A stretch of DNA of 64,000 nucleotides from Anthoceros angustus (taxonomy: Eukaryota; Plantae; Anthocerotophyta): the NCBI GenBank assembly GCA_010909165.1, contig MU008158.1:707478-771477 (forward strand), given 5' to 3'. This document shows positions 55,678 through 64,000 of this stretch, in pieces. A program made the translations under genes and the position numbers. The notes under the pieces are model-generated. The model saw only the letters and a list, made by a program, of their open reading frames with translations, was not told the DNA's origin and searched no databases. Each line of letters starts with the position of its first letter. Position 1 is the stretch's first letter.

Positions 55678-56680
55678 AGCTTTATTTGGTAACTCAAAGA
55701 AGGTTGACAAAACGCCAGTTCGACTGGCTTCATAGCCAAGGTTGATGAGCGGAAGCGATATGTCAATCATCTCTCCTTAGAGGCCCTGTAGAGTTTTATA
55801 TGAGCACATAACTCAGAAAAAAAAGGGACGTTGACGAAATGCATGTTAGACTGGCTTGATAGCCAAGGTTGATGAGAGGAAGTGAGATGTCACTCGTCCC
55901 TCCGTAGAGGCCCTGTTGAGTTTTATATGAACACATAACTCTAGAAAGGGACGGTCGCGAAACGCATTTTCCACTGGCGTGATAAGCCAGTGGAAAATGC
56001 GGGATGAGTGGAAGCGGGATGTCACTCATCCTTCCTTCGAGGCCCTAAAGAGTTTTACTTGAGTAGAAAGGAGGAGGAAAGGTCTAATTTAGTCCACTTG
56101 GATGGAATTGAATTTTCCTGTATGGGACTTCGTACTTTGACAACTTGTACCATTGTGTGTATAAGCTACTAGCATTAAGCTAAGGGCATCTAGTCCTTTT
56201 AGGACCCCCTATAAGTACTCATGGAAGCGCACAATGCTTTAACAGCTACATTCTTATAAATGTGTGTCCATTTAGTCTAAGTACATAACTCAAAAAATTC
56301 AGGTTGATGAAAGACATGTTCGATTAGCTTGGATGATGTAACTAAGGTTGATGAGAGGAAGCCAGATGTCACTCAATCCTCCTAAGAGGAATTGTAGAGT
56401 TCTATTTGAATATCAACGCACAAAAAGATGAGAGGAAGCTCGATGTCGCTCATCCCTCCTTAAAGGAATTATAGAGTTCTATTTCATATCAACACAAAAT
56501 AAGATGAGAGGAAACAAGATGTCACTCATCTCTCCTCAGAGGAACTGTAGAGTTTTAATTGAATATTAACACAGAAAAAGATGAGAGAAAGTGTGTCACT
56601 CAATCTTTCCTTAAGGAACTGTAGAGTTCTATCAACGCAAAAAAACGATGAGAGGAAACAGCATGTCACTCATCCGTAAT
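55599..56680 (+). repeat. Degenerate tandem repeats derived from the hydrolase 3' end (114-132-bp, then about 76-bp units)
   Basis: GAGGCCCT at 55666, 55780, 55907 and 56039; GATGAGAG(G/A)AA at about 56350, 56427, 56503, 56580 and 56647. Confidence 0.8.
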
Positions 56681-56682
56681 GG

Positions 56683-57081
56683 GAGTGGATGCCCTTGGTG
56701 CAAGTAGCTTAGGCACACCATGGTACAAGTTGTTAAGTACCAAGTCCCATGACGGAAATCCGTCCTTAGTGGACTTAAATAAAATTCTTCTTCTTCTTCT
56801 TCATCACTCATCCCTCCTAACGGGAGTGGATGCCCTTGGTGCAAGTAGCTTAGAAGAAGAAGAAGAATTTTATTTAAGTCCACTAAAGCAATTTCATGGA
56901 CAATACCTTCTGAACAATTCTGTCATGGGACTTGGTACTTAACAACTTGTACCATGGTGTGCCTAAGCTACTTGCACCAAGGGCATCCACTCATGGTACA
57001 TCATAGTACAAGTTGTTAAGTACCAAGTCCATGATGGAAATCCATCCTTACTGGACTTAAATAATTCTTCTTCTTCTTCTT
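56683..57081. repeat. Alternating inverted copies of the fold-back unit (long hairpin)
   Basis: 56683-56800 is nearly the reverse complement of 56852-56992, and a further direct copy lies at about 57005-57081. Confidence 0.85.
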
Positions 57082-57283
57082 TATCACTCATCCCTTCTAA
57101 AAAGAAATTGTGCGACTCTTCCATTGACCAAAGGTCTGTAGAGTTTTATTTTAGTATAAAAATTTATAAAAGAAAGGAATTATAGAGTTTCATTTTAATA
57201 TAAGAATTAGAAAAGAAAGGAATTGTACAGTTTTATTTTAATATAAAGAATTATAAATTAAATATACTTATTACATTGGCCTA

Positions 57284-57355
57284 AGCTCCCGGCGAGGATC
57301 GAACTCGCGACCTTTCGCTTACGAAGCGAACGCACTACCACTATGCTACGGAAGC
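57284..57355 (-). tRNA. tRNA-Thr(CGT)
   Basis: Minus strand reads GCTTCCGTAGCATAGTGGTAGTGCGTTCGCTTCGTAAGCGAAAGGTCGCGAGTTCGATCCTCGCCGGGAGCT. Acceptor stem, D arm, anticodon stem TTCGC/GCGAA with loop TTCGTAA, and a TTCGA T-loop are present. Confidence 0.96.
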
Positions 57356-57615
57356 ATGTGCACATAGCGACCGGGTTTAGCATATTAGATATATTTATCT
57401 ATTGCTGTTCTTATTCTGTTACAATTTCCTTAGTATGCACTTCACTCTTCTGTAGTATACAACTGATAGAGCCAGTGAACAAAACACTGTTGGAAAAGAA
57501 TGTTTTGTATTTAATAAAGCTGACACGTCTCTACAGGCCCAAATAGACTAGTGCCGGGGAGGGGAGGTTGATCCCTCCAGTCTGGATGCTACTGAACAAA
57601 AGGTTGCAACTCCCA

Positions 57616-60600
57616 TCACAGCTCATCATGGGGTGAAGGTGCAGCGGAGCTCCCAATCTGCTCTATCGACTCTGCACTAGGATCCCCATTCACAGAACTG
57701 GGCTCCCGGTTGTCAGACGCTTGTTCACCATTCAGACCATCTGATGATGGCTCGGTTGTCTCGTTTGTGACAGTTTCGATCACCTTGGGCTTGGGCTTTG
57801 GTGTTCGGTCAATTTTAGCAACCTTGTCTTTCAAGGTGCCAATCCTAAGAAACACGTCGTCTGATGAGAAAGCAGGGTCGTGATGAGCTTGAACCCTGCA
57901 CATACAACGTTGGATGTCGAACCATGGATGCTGTGCAAGGAGAATACACGAGACAGATTGGCTATGGCAAGTAAATGAGGTTGAAGGGAGGCAGAGGCAC
58001 GTACTCGCGTTGCCGAGATTCCTTCTCATCCAACCACTTCTCGAAGGCCTTCACTTCTCTTAATACCTGGGTGAGCACAATAGACGAACAACATAGCTTA
58101 GACGTGCAAGACACAATGATTGGCAGATTACCATGGACCGTATAACGGATAGGGTGAATGTGCACCTCTTCCTTGCTGCTCTCTGTGATCCACGGCTTGT
58201 CCTTGTTCCATCTTTCTACAGTCTACACAAGATCAGGACGATGGACCGTTACCACCTGTGACGACCCAATAGTGGACAACTCACAGTCCCTGACCCTCAG
58301 CATGTACAGTAAAGCATCAAGAAAAAGACTCGTTTGTACATCCGATAGGAAGGAAATGGAAGCGCCAAGATGTGTTTACCTCTTGTACTTCAGTAAAGTA
58401 CACTTTGGCATACTGTAGTGCCAAAGGTCTGGCCTTCAACTCACCCAGCCTGTAATGATCCTTCCACTGCTGTCAGACTCCCTAGCATAAAAATCTCATT
58501 CAACCTCAAAATTTGGAGCCAATCAAGCTACTCTCTGATGTCATCACATGAGAATCGGAACAGACCTGAAAAAGATGGCATCGCCTGTCTTCTGGAGGCC
58601 TGAGAGCTTCTTCTCAAACTCCGCAGCCCCAGCATCTTCACCATCAGTATACAGCCACTCTTCTACCTGCAAAGTGTATGAGAACCATTACCAGTGTGCC
58701 CAAGAAAACTTCTGAAGATATGGATGCAATCACATTTGCCATTCTCAGCCCTACCTCCTAAACCCTAAACCCTACCTCTAGAAGATCACTTTTGAAGTCT
58801 TCCAGCTGCTTCTCTGTGGTAACCTTCTCAATGCCTTCCTCATCAAGCTGCAAAGCAACAGCAGAGTAAGGAGATTGAGGAGCTGAAGCAGAATGCAGCG
58901 GTTACTACACAAAATCTGAGAAGATTTACACACCTTCACCCTGGTTTCAAGGATGTATGCTTCAAGACTATTCTTCGCCTCAGCTGTTTTCCTTTTCTCA
59001 GCATCCTTCCGATTCAGCTCTGTTGTTCGTTCAACAGCTTTAAGAAGTGCCTCATCAGATAAGGATCTGCTAGGGCCAGTTGTAACATCCTTGATCTGCC
59101 GACGACATTATTATACAGATACATGTATTGATCAAAACATACTACCATTAAGAGGTGATAGACATGCACTGAAACCCTTGGCAAACTGCCAGACCCTGAA
59201 CATACACAAAACATGACAGGACAGCTTACCTTCAGTGGGATCCTTATTGTCCTCTTTCTCAGTTTTGTTGTTGTTTGAGGCTTGTCAGTTGTTGAGTCAA
59301 CAGCCTGTTCCTGATCTCCACTGCTCTCACCCTTCAAGTTTTCGCCTCCTTTCTCCTCCTTCACAGTATCTGATTCTGACCCTGCTGCCTCAGGTGTTGC
59401 TGTCTGGTTACCATCAACTGTAATGTTTTGAATTGGCACTTCATACAGCTCCGAAATTTCAACAACAGTCTCCGCACGATCCAGCGACAGCACACCACTT
59501 CGGCTGATGGAGAAATGCAGACTTGTCTTTATGGGCGCTGACAAATTGTGTGAAACATACCTGCAACCAGTGCATGAGTAGTGAGTCATCAAGATTGCTA
59601 GACGACCGGCTTCAGTTACAGATGCCATCTGCATTTCCAGTGTCTACACAGTGGCTTACTTCGTGAATGCTTCTGCGACCCCTGAAATATCAAAGGTGCT
59701 GAATTCCGAAGACACTATACCAGGAGGCAGCGGACCAGAGGGATCATAAGACAAATGTACTGTGAAATCTTCCTTAACATTCTTGAATGACCTGAAAACC
59801 TGCAGAGACGACAGTCAGGATTGCGAATTCTGCAGCTCAATTGGGTGCATTATAGCCTAGTTCGTAAGCGCAGGTCAAAGTCCAGATGTTTCACCTTACT
59901 AGGGACCTTCTTCACAAGCCGGCCCACAAGGAGGGGCTGATCTGCTCCTACTCCAGAGTCATCATAGCTTTCGAAAACAGCACCCTTGGGACTGTCCAGT
60001 TTCAAGACAATGCCATAGGGAACACCATCAATCATGCCCAACTTGCGATTCAGCTTGAACCCATCACTGATATTCGCTGCATGAAGAGCAGCCCCAAGGA
60101 CAACTGCCTCATCCGAGTCAAGGTGCCGGTCCAACTCACTCTTCCCCAGGAATCCGGAAAGGACAGCCTGCATCGGCAGTCACAAGGTCAATGAAAATCA
60201 CAGTGCATCAGCTTTACAGTGCCAAGGTACAGAAAATCACCTGCAACTTTGGTACACGAGTTGCACCACCCAGAAGCTCCACGGCGTACACATCCTTGAC
60301 AGACAAGCCAGTGTCAGCAAGAACTTGTTTCAGGGGCACCAGTGCGCGCTCCCACAGGTCCCCGCACAGCTCCTCAAACTTATCCCGCGTAATGCTACTC
60401 CTGCGCTCAACAGATCCCCCACACACATCAACAACAGAATAGAAAGCACAGCTAAACACAGTCCAAACCACACATAACATCCTGCCACAAACCTGAAATC
60501 CCGATCATCATGAAGAGACTCCACCGACAGCGGAGCATCCAGATTAGCGCTCAGTATTTCCTTGGTCCGCTTCACCTGCTTCTTCAGCTTAGCCATAGCC

Positions 60601-61609
60601 TTGGGGAATTGGCGGACATCCACCCCACCCCCCACCTGCTTGTTGAACTGGTCAGCGAAGTACTCCACAAGCCTCATCTCCATGGCCGTGCCACCCAAAT
60701 TGGCATCCCAACGAACGCCCTTCACCTGCACCCAGGCCCTCAAGTCAGAATCGTCCATTCCCAACCCTCACCCACTCACCCACCCACCCACAATCACCAA
60801 AATGCACCCCACCCCCGCATCACCTGAAACTGATTATGCGAGGTGGGCTTCCCCTTATCCTTCGCCGGGTAGGCAGAAAAGGTAGCCACAGCCGCGTACA
60901 CGCTGTTCGCCCCCATATCATAAAACACCACATTCCTCGACTCGTTCGCAAAATCCTTGTCGATACCATACTGCAAAGCCGCCCCGGAATGCTCATTGAT
61001 AAGCGCTAGGACACTAATCCCCGCCACCTGCGCGGCAGACAACAGGGCCCGTCTCTCCCCCTGCCCGAAGTAAGGCGGCACGGTTATCACCGCGTCCTTG
61101 ATCACGCCCTTCACGTGGGCCTCCCCGAGCCCGACCGCGTAATGCAGAAGCATGGCGAGCAGCTCCTCGGAGGAGTAAATAGCGGAGCCGTCATGGATCC
61201 GGAACGCGGCAGCCCCGCGCTCGTCCTCCACGACCTCCAGAGGCACGTAATTCCGCCTCAACGCCTCCCGCACCTGCGCCACGTCCTTCCCCACCAAATC
61301 CCGCACGCCGGAGAAAACCCTTTCCGGATACCGCGCCGTGATCCCGGCCGCGCTCTCCGCCAGCAGGCGCTCCCCGTTGGAGAAGGCCACCAGGGCGGGG
61401 GACTTCCGCTTGGACATCTCGTTGATGGCGACCGAGATGGGCGCCTGGCCCGGGCGGAGATTCACCACCGCCACCTTCACCCACTCCGATCCCAGGTCCA
61501 TGCTGAGCACGGCGGCTCGGGCCGGGACAATGCCCGGGCTCCCCAGCAGGAGCAGCGCCAGAACTGAGACCAGCAGCAGGCCCAGGCGGAGGCCCGGCCT
61601 GCGCTCCAT
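57616..61609 (-). CDS. HSP70-17: ER-lumen large HSP70 / nucleotide-exchange factor (HSP70-17, HYOU1/GRP170-like), multi-exon
   Basis: Signal peptide, then SMDLGSEWVKVAVV, INEMSKRKSPALVAF, TVPPYFGQ, ALQYGIDKDF, YDMGA, ELLGGATRVPKLQ, DSDEAVVLGA and KNSLEAYI, ending in C-terminal HDEL*. Confidence 0.95.
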
Positions 61610-62314
61610 GTCTCCTCTTGTGGGCACAGAACAGGGCAATCGGGCAGTCCGGCTCTCCAGCAACGGCGTCAGATCGGCTCGCGGGCGCACAAAGAAGCCG
61701 GGTTTCTTCACCAGGCCTCGGGACTGGACTAAATATGTTAGAGCACGCACAGCTTCAGTCAAGTCCGAGACCGAGTCCGCTGGCCCCGGCCCCGACCAGG
61801 CTGCAGCCGCAGCCAAGGGCTGGAAGGCTGGAACGGAACGGGAAGGCACGTAACGGAACGGGCCCACAAACTCAGCAATGGGGCGTTATGCCGTGGCAGC
61901 GCGCCGCGTGGCCTTGCCACCTCATTTCACCAATCACGCTGGACCATGTCATACGCGCCTTCTTATTGGCTAGCCGCCCCAAGGCTGCCTTTGCACCTTA
62001 ACTTCAGCAAACACAAACCGTGAATATAATCATATACCTACCATGCACAAATAGGGCTTAATATACCTTCGCAAGAAAACAACGAGAATCTCTTACGAAC
62101 GCCGAGGTAGGTACCTAGTGTATCGTTTCGCCTAGAATGGTCACCTATCCCCGGTTCTCATCAAACCATAAAGAATTGTTTTCATGAACGAAGGAGGAAA
62201 AAATATCAGCGTGAGACCCCGAGCCTCGGATCACGTTTCAAAGGGAGCAACTAAGCTCCGCGTCTAAAGTCACCTATAGCGTCTACAATGTCATAACTAG
62301 GGAGATAGAATGGC

Positions 62315-63604
62315 CTACATAGTCATGGATACATCTCTAGTAGTCATTATTGTTCGTAAGATAGGCCCTACAAGTGTCATTTGGAGGGCAATGGATACCT
62401 GCTGCCGAAAGAACGGTGTGAAATAGGAGAGAGGTAGTCCCGCTCCATATCTCCTTGCATGGCATGCTTTGGCATATGACTTGATAAATTTATCAAAGTC
62501 TTTAGCCAACGCCACATTAGTCTCCAAGGCAAGCGGGATGAAGCGGTGACCTATCAACTGCATTCCCCTATCCCCTATACTTGGTAACCTTAAAAGCCGC
62601 CACTCTAGTTGCTGCCCAACCTCGACAATTTAGGATAAGCTGTTTAGAGGTGGATTCCCGTGTAGCGTCAATAACCACCACACCTGCCACTAAGACTTGG
62701 TCACCCCAGACGAGGTACAAGTTGGCTCTGACCAGTGCCCTAAACATAAAGCAAATTAGCGCTCCCTCCAAGCCATATAACCACTTTCAAGAGCCATTGA
62801 AAACATAACGTCACGAATGGCATCATGGGTGGCAATACATTGACCCCGATAATTAGGACAACGAGAAAGATGTGTCCCAAATGCATCTAGGGCAAAGCCA
62901 GATTCACATATGAGAAGTGAGGAAGCCATTGTTTGAACCAAGCCCAGACAGAAGCACATCACTGTAGTAAAGGTTGTAGGTGCGATGTGAAATCCCTCTA
63001 TGCATGGACGAGCCAATAGCCAAGCTCATGAACTCTTCCCATAACAAGAGCAGAGACGCCCGGGGCTCTTGCGTTCCTTGGAATAGAAGGGTCCAAAATG
63101 ACGGACTAGAAAGCCTGGCCAAGTTGTTTGTCAAGCAAGGATGTCTCCAACCCCTTGAAACCGTCATTGAGGAAGGTCGTGGAAGGAGGGAAGAGCTGCC
63201 TTACGTCCATTGATAACATGTCTCTAGCTTGTCTCAGGGACACTTGAAAAGGGAGGGATCCCTCTGCAACTCCTAATACAATGTCCTCCGAAAAGAGCTT
63301 GTCATGAAGTAAGAAACACGAGGCTAGAGCAGAGTTAGGAAAAGCCCAGTTGCCAAAAAATGTCGTTGACAAGGATTCCTCCCCGCATCCATAGGGTCCT
63401 AGATGAAAGGAGGCATAGGTGGTGAGAACGAAATAGTGGCACCTTCTTTCTTTGCAATCCATTCATTGCCCTACAGAGGGTGTTAGCCAACGGAGTGTTG
63501 AGGATGGCAGCAAATGCAAGGGATGCGACATCTTCAGCATCAGTGGTAGGTAGGCCCTTTCTTATCCCGAACCATGATATTCTTGGAGCAATAGGTAGTT
63601 TCAA
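62315..63604 (-). mobile_element. Decayed non-LTR retrotransposon 3' part with restriction-like endonuclease (CRE/R2-type)
   Basis: Zn-knuckle-like CESGFALDAFGTHLSRC...THDAIRD, a degenerate RLE core (RANL..VLAGVVVIDATR..AA..AA.K..KY), then FIPLALET and FFRQQVSIALQ. Confidence 0.75.
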
Positions 63605-63725
63605 GATGGATAATTATGGGGTCTAGTCCCCCTTATTCATTGAGAGGATTCGGAGACTTTATAGATATTTCGAAGCATACATCGAAGTCTCGCACTAGGA
63701 ATTTGAACAGAAGTAATCCCGTAGA

Positions 63726-63848
63726 GCACTAACAACTGACGGCCCAGCACGCTACGGAGACGTAGTGCACGAGCAATTGACAGCCTAGCACGCTACCACG
63801 ATGCAGTGCACTAACAACTGACGGCCCCGCACGCTGAGGAGACGAAGG
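63726..63848. repeat. 41-bp tandem repeat, 3 copies
   Basis: GCACTAACAACTGACGGCCC.GCACGCT at 63726 and 63808, with a degenerate middle copy at 63767. Confidence 0.8.
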
Positions 63849-64000
63849 CATGATGTTTATAACTGGCAGCCCTGTAGAGCTATGAAGCTAGGGGATGGGT
63901 GCCACCCCATTTGCGCACTAAACCATCCGAAGGACGCTTAACTGGGGAGTTCCAATGAAGCCTTGTTTGGATGTCATTCCTTATAGGGAGGCACCCCATC

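Noticed and set aside
61870-61975. ER-stress (ERSE/UPRE) element upstream of HSP70-17
   Set aside because: CCAAT and CCACG/CACG words are present, but the spacing does not match the consensus I recall.

Overview
Eukaryotic nuclear DNA from a non-seed land plant. Hornwort- or fern-like origin is inferred from short introns, a PLS-class PPR gene with elongated L motifs, and plant TTTAGGG motifs. The left two thirds (1-21.8 kb and 29.3-43.9 kb) is a nest of transposable elements around one intact gene, a BSU1-like Kelch/PP1 phosphatase (22185-29245, +). The nest holds several copies of a GC-rich Ty3/Gypsy (Athila-like) family with an extra charged, coiled-coil-rich ORF, a complete Ty1/Copia element with both LTRs, PBS and a 5-bp TSD, two decayed Copia fragments, a lone gag, tandem arrays, a probable CACTA end and a short bacterial-looking FAH fragment. 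After a 410-N gap the right third is gene dense: an NRPE1-like (RNA Pol V largest subunit) ORF uninterrupted for about 4.8 kb, a PLS-E+ PPR editing factor, prefoldin 6, a secreted alpha/beta-hydrolase-like protein, tRNA-Thr(CGT) and an ER HSP70-17/HYOU1. Fold-back elements and an RLE-type non-LTR retrotransposon remnant are interspersed. Many repeat ORFs are broken by single-base indels that may be assembly error, so TE coordinates are approximate. Family assignments come from recalled motifs; no searches were run.
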